Shown: positions 1 to 13,157 of the stretch, one piece after another
Numbering within the stretch: the stretch's first letter is position 1
Layout of the letters: every line of letters begins with the position of its first letter
Source: Octopus sinensis
Lineage: Eukaryota
Assembly (NCBI RefSeq): GCF_006345805.1
Contig: NC_043013.1
Location: 3,720,001 to 3,784,000 of the forward strand
Direction of reading: 5' to 3'
DNA: 64,000 nt
The notes under the pieces: model-generated
What the model was told of the DNA's origin: nothing
The model's database searches: none
What the model saw: only the letters and a program-made list of their open reading frames with translations
Program-made: the position numbers and the translations under genes

Positions 1-175
1 AACATCGCTTGACAACTGATGCTGGAGTGTTTACATCCCCGTAACTTAGCGGTTAGGCAAGAGAGACCGATAGAATAAGTACTAGGCTTACAAAGAATAA
101 GTCCTGGGGTCGAGTTCCTTGACTAAATGCGGTGCTCCAGCATGGTCGCAGTTAAATGACTGAAACAAGTAAAGA
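1..175 (+). mobile_element. SINE family 1, 3' half
   Basis: gacaactgatgctggagtg...gcggtgctccagcatggtcgcagttaaatgactgaaac tail. Confidence 0.9.
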
Positions 176-339
176 GTATATATATAGTACGTTTATATAT
201 ATATATTGGCTAAACTGGCAAAATGACCATTCCAAAATATAACAGTATATATATATATACTTTCATTTCCCAAGCATCAAGCTAATACACCTTGTTGTTC
301 GCACACCTGTCTTCATCTTTTGTCTTTCTATAAATTTCA

Positions 340-421
<82 letters not shown>

Positions 422-430
422 CATATATAT

Positions 431-720
431 ATTGTTGTATTTTGGGATGGTCATTTTATTTTTTCCAAATAAACACAAGCATCATATATTTCTTCTTCAT
501 TCATTTATTACTGTTCTTATTTTATTATTCTAACTCATGTCCATTGTCCGGAAATCTTTCGTCACACATCTGTGACCTCTTCTGCAGCACTTATTTCAGT
601 GTATTCTTGCTCCACTTGCTCCATTCTGTTCTTCTAAGATATGTATCCTTAGGTGCACGTGTTTGTGTCAAGGACACAAATGCATGTGCACATAAGGAGA
701 CACACCTTAGAAGAACAATG
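431..720 (-). mobile_element. Short (TA)n-embedded element (family C)
   Basis: Abuts (TA)n and is homologous to 18936-19105 (ggacaatggacatg...gaccatcccaaaatacaaca) and to a short piece at ~205-247. Right boundary is uncertain. Confidence 0.55.
548..587 (-). ncRNA. Hammerhead-like motif (family C)
   Basis: Minus strand: CUGCAGA AGAG GUCACA-GAUG-UGUGAC GAAA GAUUUC CGG. Six-bp stem II and predicted UUC cleavage triplet. The core register is ambiguous. Confidence 0.5.
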
Positions 721-1316
721 GAGTAGACAGTGACTATGTGTCAGTGTTTGTCTCATCACTTGACAACCAGTGTTGGTTTGTTTTCATCCCTGTAACTTTA
801 GTGGTTCAGCAAATGTGATTATTAGAATATGTGCCAGACTGGAAAATAAGTACTGGGCTCAATCTGATAGTCTAGCCGGTTCCTTCAAAATTGCTGGCAT
901 TGTGCTTAAATTGAAACTGTTTACTTGCATATCTTCTTATCACAATGATGCAGACTTAATCTGGATTATCCCTGGATTTATATTCTTCCATTAACAATTT
1001 GCTGAAAGGGTCCTATAATGTCACATTGAAGTATCTGGATGCACTATGTAGTTACAGGCGACATACTAACCACGTCCATGGAGCAGCTTGCTCAATGAAA
1101 TGAAAATATTCAAAAATCGAAGACTATTTGGACATGCACGAATATACTTTGTTCCAAACCATACAATTCACACACACACACACATGCCCCACCCCCAATT
1201 CTACTACTGCACCTTCCTGAAATGGTTCAACTGTTACCAAAGTCTATAGCATACAGGAATAGAAATGATAGTGGAAAGAGTGAAATATTCTTGGACTACC
1301 ATGCTTAACTCTATAT

Positions 1317-2068
1317 CAGTGTTCTCAACCAGTGTCCACACGGCCGTTGGGGATCCGTGTAAGATTTTGTTGTTGAAATTTATGTGCAATAATAAACTGG
1401 TTACAATTCTACGATACACAAAATATTTTAACGATTTAATACAATTCTTAATAATATTTAATTATAAAAGTGTAATCGAAACTGAAATCAAAATCAAAGT
1501 GAAATTCGATGACGGGCACGAGCACCATATGAGCGTGATTGTTGCCAGCCTCGCCTTACTGGCACTTGTGTCCCGTGCTAGTAGTGTGCTAAGAGCACCA
1601 TCTGAGTGTGATTGTTCCCAGAGCGGCTAACTGGCTTCCATGCTGGTGGCATGTAGGAGGCACCATTCGAGCGGGATCGTTACCAGCATCACCTTACTGT
1701 CACCTGTGCCATTGGCATGTGTAAAAAATTCGAGCGAGGTCATTGCCAGTACCGCCTGACTGGCCCCCGTGCCGGTGGCACGTAAAAGCACTCACTACAT
1801 CCTCGGAGTGGTTGGCATTAGGAAGGGCATCCAGCTGTAGAAACTCTACCAGATCAAGACTGGAGTTTAGTGCAGCCATCTGGTTCGCCAGCCCATAGTC
1901 AAACCGTCCAACCCATGCTAGCATGGAAAGCGGATGTTAAATGACGACGATGATGATGATGATGATGATGTATACAACTTTTTAAACATCGAATGGCTAA
2001 GGGGGCAACCATCTGAATAAAATAGGAATCACAGGGGTCCATAGGCCAAAAATGATTGAGAATCCCTG
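1317..2068. mobile_element. hAT-type MITE with nested SINE
   Basis: Ends cagtgttctcaacc / gattgagaatccctg. Perfect 8-bp TSD ctctatat at 1309-1316 and 2069-2076. Confidence 0.8.
1505..1970 (+). mobile_element. SINE-like retroposon with (GAT)n tail
   Basis: ggagtggttggcattaggaagggcatccagctgtagaaac...cccatgctagcatggaaagcggatgttaaa then (GAT)n. An inverted relative is at ~2712-2930. Confidence 0.6.
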
Positions 2069-2894
2069 CTCTATATGATAAGCCACTGCTTGCTGCAGTG
2101 TGCAGTGTGATCTTCAACCAGATAGAGGCTTGCGTCTGTGGATTGCATCTGGTTGCTTTGACTACCTGCATGCTGTATGTTTGCTTGATGAAGGCCAGCT
2201 AAAGCTACACAACAACCATACTAAAGTAGACAACGATACCGATATATAGATCTAATGTTACTATATCTACCACTTACAACACATCATTATTCCACAAAGC
2301 AGCTTCAATGCAATTTCTCAGTCTGCTAGAAATAGTAACCGAATCTCTGGTAAACCACACACTCTCACCTTAAAAAGAAGTACTCCTTGGTCATTATGAC
2401 TTTAAATATACAGAAATATTGGTTAGTTACAGTTGGAATGTCTTTGACCATAGCACCTGCTTCAGCATGGATTGATGTTTACCTGAACACTAACAATGAC
2501 AATATACTACTACACCTGATATTCATCATCATCATCATTATCATGACCACCACGACCACCATGATGATGACGACGACCACCACCCCCATGACGACCACCA
2601 CGATGACGATGATGACGACAACCACCACCACCACCACCTCCTACACAACCACCACCACCTCCTACACAACCACCACCACCACCACCACTCTCCTCCTCCT
2701 CTTCCTCCTTTAACTTCTATTTTCCATACTGGCATGGATGGTTTGACCAGAGCTGGAGAGCTGCACTAGGTCCCAGTCTGATTTGGTTTGGTTTCTATGG
2801 CTGGATGTCCTTCCAAATGCCAACCACTTTACAGAGTGTGCTGGGTGCTTTTAATGTGGAACTGCATGAGTGCTTTTACATGACACTGGCATGA

Positions 2895-3242
<348 letters not shown>

Positions 3243-3463
3243 TACTGGCTGACATACTAATTAAATTTTGTTTCTCTTGAGGAAGATATGGATGTCACAA
3301 AATCCTACTTCTACTCCAAAACATTCTGGGCTTCTTGCCAATGGAAGAAACAGCTTTTGCCCTGGTTGAAGTCATTTCACTATACCTATATTACTAAACG
3401 CTCTTGACAAATCCATGACTGTCACAACATCCTGTTTTCTTTCTGTGGTATTGGACTATTTAA

Positions 3464-3469
3464 AATAAA
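3464..3469 (+). terminator. Candidate polyadenylation signal for AGPS
   Basis: AATAAA about 220 nt after the AGPS stop, followed by a T-rich stretch (attattattttgttattg). Confidence 0.4.
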
Positions 3470-3834
3470 CATTATTATTTGTTATTGCGTGCAGAAAATC
3501 CAGTACAGTTGTTCTTAGATATTCATAAATTGCCAATAACATTTGGAAAGAAGTGACTGTTGCAGCACTCTCTATCACTCCAGTAGAAAACTTGAAGTGA
3601 TATGACAATAGGAATAATTATTGGTTTAATTTATCATTGGAACAAAGAACTTTGTACATTCTGATTTATAGTATTTTATATTCCTGGTTTCAAATGTTAC
3701 AGAGTTGATAAAGAAATAACAATAACAACGAATATTATTATTATTATTATTATCATCATCATAATCATTTCATCATCATTGAGGTGGTAAGCTGGCAGAA
3801 TTGTTAGCACACCGGGCAAAATGATTAGTGGCAA

Positions 3835-5690
3835 GTACGGGCTGTCTTCCTGGATCCGGATGGTAGGTTTGTGGTCCTGGACGTGAACGCCAGTGAAGGT
3901 AGCGCCTTTAGACTAGTGGCGGTTTATGCCCCAACAGGGTCTGGAAGGCCAGATTTCTTCAGGTGTCTAGAAATATTCTTGGGAACATCTCGCCCTTTAG
4001 AACTAACGGGGGACTGGAATAGTATTTTGGATGCACGGAAGGACTGTGTGGGTTTAGTACATAGTAGAAGGGGGTGTAAAAGCCTCAAAAACCTGCTCAG
4101 GATTTTCCAGCTTTCTGACAGGTACCGACTGGATATCCCTGATGTGTCAGTATGGACATGGAGCAACCGCAGCGGGTCGTCCAGATCGTGTTTAGATAGA
4201 GTATTTGTTAGGTCAGAAGATAGTGATAGCATTGGTTGTCCACAATTTAAATCAGTCGGCTACACGGATCACAAATTTGTGATATGCTCAGTCGATTTAG
4301 ATAGGATTCGTAGATAGGGACCCGGTCACTGGAAGTTGAACGCATTCTTACCGGCTTGCAAAGACTACATGGATCGAATTAGCGAACTAGTTAAGCGGCA
4401 GTTGACGGGGGCTATCATCAACAATCGGAGGTGGTTCGCTCTGAAGAGAGCGTTTAGAGTCAAATCAATAGTATTTAGCAGAGATTTAGCAATAGAAATA
4501 AATAGATTAGAGGGAGAACTAGTTAGCAAACTAGAAGAGGCTATTAGTTAGCGACTTGTTAGCGGCAAGAATGGCTCTTGACCATTTCTTTGAGGCGAAG
4601 CACGAAGAGTGCGTTGCCAGAGCTAAAGCCTGTGCACTAAAACACGAGGGAATTAAAACCATCCGATGGACCCGAACGTGAACAAAACTACGATGAAGTC
4701 TTTGACAGATCAGGACGGACGCGTGCTCCTCGGTTCTGAGCAGATGTGTGCGGCTTCCTAGCAGCACTTTGGGGAGGGTGTTTGGAGAGGGTGGTGGGTC
4801 GACGACGGTAGCGAACTTTACTTCGTTCCTAGACGACTTACCACAGTTCTTGGTGAGAGACGCGAGATTCTGCGAAAAGCCGATTACAGCCTCTGAAATA
4901 CAGGAGGCGATGAGCGATTGCACAAGTCGCAAATCGCCCGGTTCGGATGGTCGGCCCTACGAATTCTGTTTTCATGCCAGATTTGTTTGGCAGCCTCTTG
5001 GCAGATGTTTACAGTAACTGGCAGCAGAACGGGTGAATTTTTGGTGCTGTTAGCCGGGGTGAGAAAGGACGTCGACAATGGGGACGTGCTAGGAAATTTT
5101 CGGCACATAACTCTGCTAAACACAGAGTTTAAGATTTTGATCAAGGTGTTAGCGAAAAGGTTGGCGCTTGTCGTTGGTAGTCTGGTCGGGGAGGCACAAA
5201 CGTGCGCAATCCCGAGCAGGTCTATTCACCTTATGCGATACATCGTAGAGGAGACTGGGACTAAAGCTGGCATCTGTGGGGCCTTGATCAATTTAGATCA
5301 GTCGAAAGCTTTTGATAGGGTAGACCATCGCTACTTGGAAGCTGTCGGACCCGTTTTCAGAGACTGGATCGCTGCAATGCACAGAGACACCTGCTCGGTG
5401 GTCAAAGTAAATGGTCATCTATCGGAACCGTTTAGTATCGCACGTTCCGTCCTTCAGGGCAAGTCGGTGGGCTTGCGACGGGGCACCTGGAGAGGCAAAT
5501 CGATGCCATCGGATGCTGGACTGACGGACGAGTGAAACTGCTCGGGATTTGGTTTTGTCTCGACCTCCAGGCGGATAAGAATTGGGAAGAGGTGATGAAC
5601 AGGGTGACATCTCTTATCCAGAAATGGGCAGAGAGGAAGTTATCCCTGAAAAGTCGGGCAGAGGTAGTGAATGCCTACATCGCCTATGTC
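3835..5690 (+). mobile_element. Degenerate Tx1/L1-group LINE (APE endonuclease + reverse transcriptase)
   Basis: APE motifs VAVYAP, GDWN, WTWSN, LDRVFV, TDHK. RT motifs ITLLNTEFKILIKVLAKRL, NLDQSKAFDRVDH, SVLQG. Many stops and frameshifts. Confidence 0.88.
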
Positions 5691-6079
5691 ATCTGGGGTT
5701 CATAAAATAAAGTACCAATCAGGTATATGAATCAATGGTACCACCTCCTCCTCAGAGTTGCATTGATACACCAAAATTGAAAGCAAACTAAGCAACATTA
5801 AAGTGTGTGTATGTATGGGGGGGTCATTTTGCGAATAAGAAAGACTAGATCCCAACATCAGCATTACTACTACAGCCAGAGCCAACCGAAACAATAACAA
5901 CAGCAACAACAAGGCAAATGAGGGAGGACATAAAATCAACAAAAACCTCTTTGGAAACAACAAACGTGAAAAAGGACCTGAAAATTTTAAACTGTCCGAC
6001 CAACACCAACATTTTCCACTTCCGCCGCCAACACCATACGATAGGAAAACCTAACTGACAGCTCACCCGTCGCTGTCTT

Positions 6080-6172
6080 TGACAATGTCGTCTGCCGAAT
6101 GCAAGAAGAAATTACTATCCCTGCGGACGAATTAAAGCAAGCAACATATATGTAGGCGAAACAAGGACAATG
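6080..6172 (+). mobile_element. Penelope-like GIY-YIG endonuclease fragment
   Basis: Frameshifted NVVCRM...YYPCGRIKASNIYVGETR resembles the GxVYxIxC...YVGET motif. Confidence 0.4.
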
Positions 6173-6174
6173 CC

Positions 6175-7180
6175 GCGCACATTTGCTCGAACCCGAGCAG
6201 ATGTGTGAGGCATTTCAGCAACACTTCCCTCAACTGTTTGGGACGAATGGCAGTCGAGAACGTAGGATGGATTTTAGTGCTCATCTCGATGGCATGCCAC
6301 GATCTCGAGAGAGGCGGGGCGTTGCGAAAGGCCGACAACAGCCGCGGAAATACGAGATGCAATGATGGGTTGCACTGGAAGAAAATCGCTTGGTTTGGAC
6401 GGTCTGCTCTCTGAGCTTTACTTTTATATGCCAGACTTGTTTGGCGGCTTCTGACCAGATATCTACTGCAACAGGCAGCAGAACAGAAGGATTCCTAGTT
6501 TGAGTTGAGGAGCGATGCAACTGCTAAGAAAGAACCCAAACGAGAGGGATCAAATAGAAAATTCTAGGCCCATTTCGCTGCTGAACGCAGATTTCAAAAT
6601 TTTGGTCAAGGTGTTTGCAAAGAGGCTGGCACTTGTCGTTGATTGATGATGTGCAAGCATGCGCAATCTCAAGCAGACCCATCCACGACAACTTCCACCT
6701 CATGCAACAGGGCGGGTAAAGAAGATGGCATGGGTGGGGCTCTGATCAGTCTAGTTCAATTAAAAGCCTTCAATAGGGTCGACCACCGATACTTGGCGTC
6801 CGGTTTCGGTCACATTTAACGTGACTGGATCGCCGCAATGTACAGCGACGCCAGCTCGTAGTTCGGGTAAATGGCTACGTAGCAGAAAAACTACTATTGG
6901 AACCATTCTTCTCGGTCCATCAAGGGTGTCCCCTCTCGTGTCTTCTACATGTACTGGCTCTAGAGCCACTACTATAGAAATTGGAGGCATTGAAAGGTAT
7001 CCTGCGCGAACTAAGAAGTGGAAGAACCGAGTCAGCATATGTAGACAACGTCACCGTTATAGTTTTGTTCACCAGGCTCATAATTCTGATCGACACTGCG
7101 AAAAGAATACGAGGCGGTGATAGGAGTAAATATTAACCAAGAAAAGCCAGTGGGCCTGCAACTCGGCTCTTCCACAGCTC
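6175..7180 (+). mobile_element. Second degenerate copy of the same Tx1-type LINE (RT region)
   Basis: Nucleotide homology to ~4730-5600 (gagcagatgtgt, LLNADFKILVKVFAKRL, aaagccttcaatagggtcgaccac). Confidence 0.8.
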
Positions 7181-7325
7181 GTCTCTTTGAATGAAGTGCA
7201 GTCTTGGATCAAGCGTAGACCGAGGCAAAGAATTCCTCTCTACACATGCTCATGATCAGAGATGCACATATTGCCAGCCACTGTCTAGTACTGCATCAGG
7301 GCATAGTAGGTACTCTATCAGGGCT

Positions 7326-7329
<4 letters not shown>

Positions 7330-7367
<38 letters not shown>

Positions 7368-7915
7368 GAGTGAGAGAGCAGTGCATGCCATCAAAGTGAC
7401 ACTGGGGTAAAATATACGAAGCCCAGTATACCCATCATGACTACCCGTCTGATAAGGGTACACTAGGCACATGCATCACAACCATATGTGCTCGACATGG
7501 TGATCTCATAACAATATAAATAGCGCATGACCTTGCGGGTGGGACCCAGTTAGAATTTTCTTCTGGTCGAGTAACTCAATAGGTTCCAGAATAAGGGTTG
7601 TTTAAGGATGTTGAACGAAACACCCATGTTTCTAGAGGTGAATTATTCAAACCCCAAAGAATCCCTCTCAACACATGGCTATGATGCTCCCCCATACTTC
7701 TGCTCCTGATCAGAGATGCACATATCGTCAGCCACGAAGGGATATGCTCAACTGGTTAAGGTCAAATAACTGACAAGCAAATCTGTGGTATTGCGCAGAA
7801 TATTTGCTGTAGCCCATCTTTTATACCAAGACAAAACAATGTACATGATAACACTTCCAATCAGTTAAGATCAGAAGGCATGAGAGCCGCTGCCTGGTAC
7901 TGCATCAGGGCATTT
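7330..7915 (-). mobile_element. Interspersed repeat flanked by (ATT)n/(ATC)n
   Basis: aatgccctgatgcagtaccaggcag...ctcatg..cttctgatcttaactgattggaagtg recurs at ~43335-43440 (+) and in deleted form at ~7220-7328. Confidence 0.6.
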
Positions 7916-8032
7916 ATCATCATCATCATCATCGTCATCATAATCATCATCATTATTATTATTTTCATAGATTTTCATATACACACAACGGATTAGACTG
8001 TTGGAAAAGAAAAATCCTCATCTGTTGTATGA

Positions 8033-8073
<41 letters not shown>

Positions 8074-8074
8074 G

Positions 8075-8570
8075 TAACAACTGAGGCATGGTTATGGTTA
8101 CAGAAAGGAAAGCTGACGAGGGAGACAAAAAGTTTGTTAGTAGCTGCATAAGATCAAGCATTAAGGACAAATTGGATAAAAGCCAAGATAGACAAAAACC
8201 AAGTAGATTCCCAATGTATATTATGCAAACCAAAAAAGGAAAGCGTTACTCACATAGTAAGTGAATGTAACATGCTAACAGAGAGAATACAAGAAAAGAC
8301 ATGACAACCCAAGGAGAGTAATGCACTGGGAACTATGCAGAAAGCTAGGATTTGACCAAACTGATAAATAGTATGAATACGAACCTAGGAAAGTGCTAGA
8401 AAGTAAGAAATATAAGATGTGGGACTTCAACATTCAGACCGACAGAGTAATAGAAGCTAGAAGGCCTGATTTAGTAGTGGTAGATAAAGAGAATAGAAAG
8501 TGGTAGATATTTGACTTTACAGTCCCAAATGAGGAAAACATTAATATGAGGAGTATAAAAAAATAACAGA
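8075..8570 (+). mobile_element. R4/Dong-type LINE fragment (restriction-like endonuclease region)
   Basis: RHDN..MHWELCRKLGF..WDFNIQTDRVIEARRPDLVVVDK..DFTVP. The 5' junction follows (AAT)n. Confidence 0.8.
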
Positions 8571-8699
8571 AAGAGAGTAGGCTCGAAACGTAAAAGACTT
8601 TCTCACTTCCCGAGCGTTAAGCTCATACATCTGTTTGTTGTTTACAACCCGTCTTCATCTTTTTTTTGTTTTTATAAATACAGTACAGTATTTACAAAA

Positions 8700-8795
8700 T
8701 ACTATACAGTACAGTACTATTTCTACTTCGCGGATTTTCACCTATCGCGAGAGGTTTTCGAACGTAACACCCGCAATAGCCGAGGGATTACTGTA
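8700..8795. mobile_element. Tigger/pogo-type MITE right end
   Basis: cgcggattttcacctatcgcg...cgagggattactgta followed by TA. Confidence 0.45.
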
Positions 8796-8805
8796 TATCA
8801 AAACC

Positions 8806-9271
8806 ATGTTACAATATTACGTCTTAACAGCCAAATAAATGTTGACAGATTCTGTGATTGATAGTCTGATTCATGAATCGCAATTGCCTTTTTCCTTCAG
8901 TGTTATGTTAACACAATATACATTATCTTTCCCAGTTGCTTGGGACGTTGCAGTTGTACTAGCTGTTATATACTTTTTGATGTGCAACATATTTTGCAGT
9001 GATAATTTTGATCTGATAGATCCAACATCAGTGGAGAAATTAGGGCTGATACAACTGTAAATAACAGCTTATTTACTGTATTTATGTATCTGAAAGGATG
9101 ATGTAGGTATTGGTATATTTCTTTTGTTATCTTAGGCAATTATAAGCTCCTCGGATATACATGTTAACGTCAAATAAGTTTAAACTACGACTCACCAAGC
9201 ACATAAACTCATTCAGTAATATTAACAAAAAAATTCTCTGCCTGTCTGTTTGTCTGTCTGTCTCTCACACG

Positions 9272-9334
<63 letters not shown>

Positions 9335-9666
9335 TCGGGAATCGTTGGTTTCTCGTAGGTATCATCCTTTCAGATACAGTGATACAGTAAGCTGTTATTT
9401 GAAGTTGTATTAACCCTAATTTCTTCACTGATGTTGGCGCTATCAGAATAAAATTACTCCAGCAACATAAGTTGTTTATAAAAAAAAAATCTAACGGCTA
9501 ATACAACTGCAACGTCCCAAGCAACTGGGAAATACTCGTTGAAAGATAATGCATATTGTGTTAACATAACACAGAAGAAAAAAGGCGATTGCGATTCATG
9601 GAAGGAACTGTCAATCACAGAATCTGTCAACATTTATTTGGCTATTAAGTTGTAATATTGTAACAT
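8806..9666. repeat. Inverted repeat pair of ~300 bp
   Basis: 8806-9102 vs 9361-9666. The spacer contains (CA)n, and a related segment is at ~15220-15380. Confidence 0.85.
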
Positions 9667-9799
9667 CGTGCTTTTACTTGAATTGAATTTAGAATATCAA
9701 GCCATTCGATTAGCTGCTGTAGAAGAGAAATGAAATAAAAAAGACAATGACAATTCATATAATTATAACAGTTTAATTAATTGGTGTGGCTACTTCAAC

Positions 9800-10075
9800 A
9801 GCGAAGAATTGATGGGAAGGGCTTGGCCGGACTGGGCCGAATAACTTACGGTTAGACTGTGGAAGGTGCTTGGCTATGTTGTGTGGGTACTCATGAAGAG
9901 ACCGGTGAGACCTTTTCTCAGATGGAAACCAGAGAGTGGGATGTAGAAGGCAAAGCAGGCATGTGAAGATCTGGTTGAGGGCTGTGGAGACGGATCTGGT
10001 AGATGTGGGCCTGGTTTGGCTTCGGAACAAACCCGTGGAAGAGCTTAAGACCAACTTTGACGATCTCTCGTCGCT
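9800..10075 (+). mobile_element. Decayed RTE-like LINE 3' fragment
   Basis: Remnant of the LRWLGHV..P...LRWKP..G...TW..VE.DL pattern. Confidence 0.45.
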
Positions 10076-10109
10076 CAATGGGGAGCGAAAGCAACTAGGA
10101 CTTACACTA

Positions 10110-11170
10110 ATTTAATAAAATTAATGAACTTTCTCATTGAAATAAATGAATAAAAAGGACTGCACCATAACCTCATCGCAGGCTTTCAGTACAATATGGG
10201 GACAACGCTCTACCGCGTAGAAGTGTGTATGAGTGGATCGAAAGGTTCCAAAATAACTGGTCAAACGTGAAGCATGCCCTTCAACCTCCACCACTGATGT
10301 GAAGTTACAACTCGAGAGATTGTTCTGGCGAACCGACGAGTGACCATGGATGAGGTGGCTTGTTCTCCGGAAACTAATCATGGTTCTGCGTACGAAATCA
10401 TCTATGACAAGCTTCACTTCCGTAAAGTCTATGCAAGAGAGCTTACCGAAGCACACAAGCGCAATAGTGTGGAGATCTGTCAATGCTTGATCGTTACCAC
10501 GTTGAAGGCAGAGCTTTTTTGATGAGAAAAGTCACAGGCGATGAGGCATGGGTTCATCACATGGAGCTAGAATCTAAAAGGAGAGTGTGGAGTGGAAACA
10601 GCCGGAATAATAGCCATCGAAAAAGAAATTCGATACTCAATCTTCTGCAGAAAATTGATGTTAACTGTTTTTGGGGATGCTAAAGGGTTTATACTGATGG
10701 AACATTACCTGGAAAAGGTGTCTAAAGTCACCAGTATCGGCTACATTGAAATGCTGGGCAGCAAACTGAAGTCAGCAATTCGCACCAAACTTCCGAGTTC
10801 TATTGTCAGAGCAAGTGTTACCGTTGCACAACAATGCCTGCCTATATACGGTCGCCCGCACCATTGAAAGCATTGGGAAATTGCTTCGACATGTTGGAAC
10901 ACCCTACATACAGTCAAAAGCTCACCCCTTCTGGCTATCACCTCTTGGGACCGCTCAAACATCCTTTACGGGGTCGTCAATTTGCTACGGACGGAGCACA
11001 GGAAGCCGTGCATAAATGGCTGCGTGACCAACGGAAAACCTTCCCCGACGGAATAAGGAAGCTTGTGGACCATTGGAAGAAGGGCACCGAAAACGAAGGA
11101 GACTATGCCGAAAATTGATGCAATTATTCAATTCCTGCTTTTGTTTTAATAAATTACTGAAACAAGAATG
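10110..11170 (+). mobile_element. Decayed mariner
   Basis: VTGDEAWVHH, KLMLTVF, LHNNA, LEHPTYSQKLTPSGYHL, GIRKLVDHWKK. Multiple frameshifts. Confidence 0.9.
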
Positions 11171-11324
11171 TATATAACTTTTGACTTTGATGAGCTTTAA
11201 TTTAAATCAGATGAACTTTTATTTAAAACGAGCGATCAATTTAAAATATGTGAAAGTAATTTTAAAACAGGGCAACTTATATTTAAACCAAATAAAAGTT
11301 AACATAAAATACATTAGATTAAAA

Positions 11325-11767
11325 GGATCTTTTCGGTTTGAACGGCAGTTTTTAACATAATTTCTTGGTAGCTAAAACATTTTAAACTTCGTATACTGAC
11401 TGGTAGAATGTGTTTATAAAACATCTTTTTCTCTTGGCTTTCTTGAGAAAATTCTATCGTTTGTAAGATATTTGTTGTTGTTTTTCTTCAATTTCTGCAA
11501 TTTCAACCAATCACTGACGTCTATTGAGGTAAAAAAACATTGTGCCGCATGAATATGTCCCTCGTTTAAGAAACAGATTGGGTTTATTTACATTTCTGAA
11601 GAAAAAAGATACCCTTCCCCCCACCTCTAACCCTAACCCTAACCCCACCCCTAACCCTAACCATAAAAGAGATTGAAATGCAATAGATCGATACTAGGGT
11701 CATAATTATGGGTGACAATTTCATATGACACTGCTAGAAAAAACTGCCGTTCTAACCGAAAAGATCC
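11325..11767 (+). mobile_element. Telomeric-repeat MITE copy 1 (Merlin-like)
   Basis: TIR GGATCTTTTCGGTTTGAACGGCAGTTTTT, 8-bp TSD gattaaaa/gattaaaa, internal (CCCTAA)n at ~11615-11665. Confidence 0.9.
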
Positions 11768-12589
11768 GATTAAAAAGTTTGCGAATGAAATTTATTCGTA
11801 AATAAAAGGGAAGTTGTCAACTTTAGTACCGAAATTATTAATTAGATCATACAGTGCATTCATCCATATTTGAGCTAGTAGGGTCAGGTTTAGCTGTTAT
11901 TTCTACCAGTAGTAACGACCTCATAGAAGCACCCTCGCTAGATATAGCGATAGTCGCCAATCTTTTAATCGTACCGACACTAATAAAGAAATGGATACGT
12001 CTTTTATACTCATATTCCTACGCTACATATATTTTGTCGTTCAATCTCACAAATTTTCATTTTATCAAAAGACTCAAAACATTTTTTTAAAGACTTAAAA
12101 CTGATTTAACGTGTAATATTTAATTAAGCATTAATTGCTAATTGCTAATAAAGTAACGAATCCACACTAATTACTCCGTAAGGAGCATAGGGCCGGTTTC
12201 CCGGACGTATATTTTCCTTCTTGGTCAGGTCGCCGGTTTCTCGCAGAAAAAACTCATTTTTTATCAGCTGAGTGGATTAGAGTAACATGAAATGAAGTGT
12301 TTTGTTCAAGAACACAACGCATCGCCCGGTCCAGGAATCGAAACCACAATCTTACGATCATGAGCCCAACACCCTAACAACTATGTCATGCGCCTCGCAA
12401 GTAAAGAAAGCATTACCAACCCTTTAAATATCTTCTTGCTTGAGACTGTCCCTGGATCTATGATGCAATACTCTTGCAAACATCATGGTTAGAGCTGAAA
12501 ATACAGTGACTTGGAACAAAGTGTGTTTTAAAGTCAAACGTAAATTGATATTCGTTTGTTTCAAATAAAAGTTCATCTGGTTTAAGTCT

Positions 12590-13157
12590 TACTCTTTACT
12601 CTTTTACTTGTTTCAGTCATTTGACTGTGGCCATGCTGGAGCACCGCCTTTAATTGAGCAAATCGACTCCAGGACTTATTCTTTGTAAGCCTAGTACTTA
12701 TTCTATCGGTCGCTTTTGCCGAACCGCTAGATTACGGGGACTTAAACACACAAGCATTGGTTGTCAAGCGATGTTAGGGTGGACAAACACAGACTCACAA
12801 ACACACATACTTTAATCTATATTTTTGTTATTTTTCATTTGTCCTGCTCGCTTACGTTCATAGTGTGCTAAGTTTTTCTTGAGAACAATTTTTAGTGGTT
12901 CAGACTCATGCGGATCTCTCTTTAGCGTAAGGGCGTCCACTTTAGTGGATTCTCTCTCATATGTGTATTAATAAATATATATACACATACATATATACGA
13001 CGGGCTTCGTTCAGTTTCCGTCTATCAAATCCACTCACAAGGCTTTGGTCGGCCCGAGGCTATAGTTGAAGACACTTACCCGAGGTGCCACGCAGTGGGA
13101 CTGAACCCGGAACCATGTGATTGGTAAGCAAGCTACTTACCACACAGCCACTCCTAC
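12590..13157 (-). mobile_element. SINE family 1 (tRNA head, CORE-like body, internal microsatellite)
   Basis: Head with A/B boxes and ccttgggcaagtgtctt-type core. About 150 bp of foreign sequence sits in the internal microsatellite. Confidence 0.9.

Noticed and set aside
1265-1630. 121-aa ORF upstream of the AGPS exon as another AGPS exon
   Set aside because: Lies in a hAT MITE and nested SINE, and does not contain the expected GGSLSHHHG sequence.
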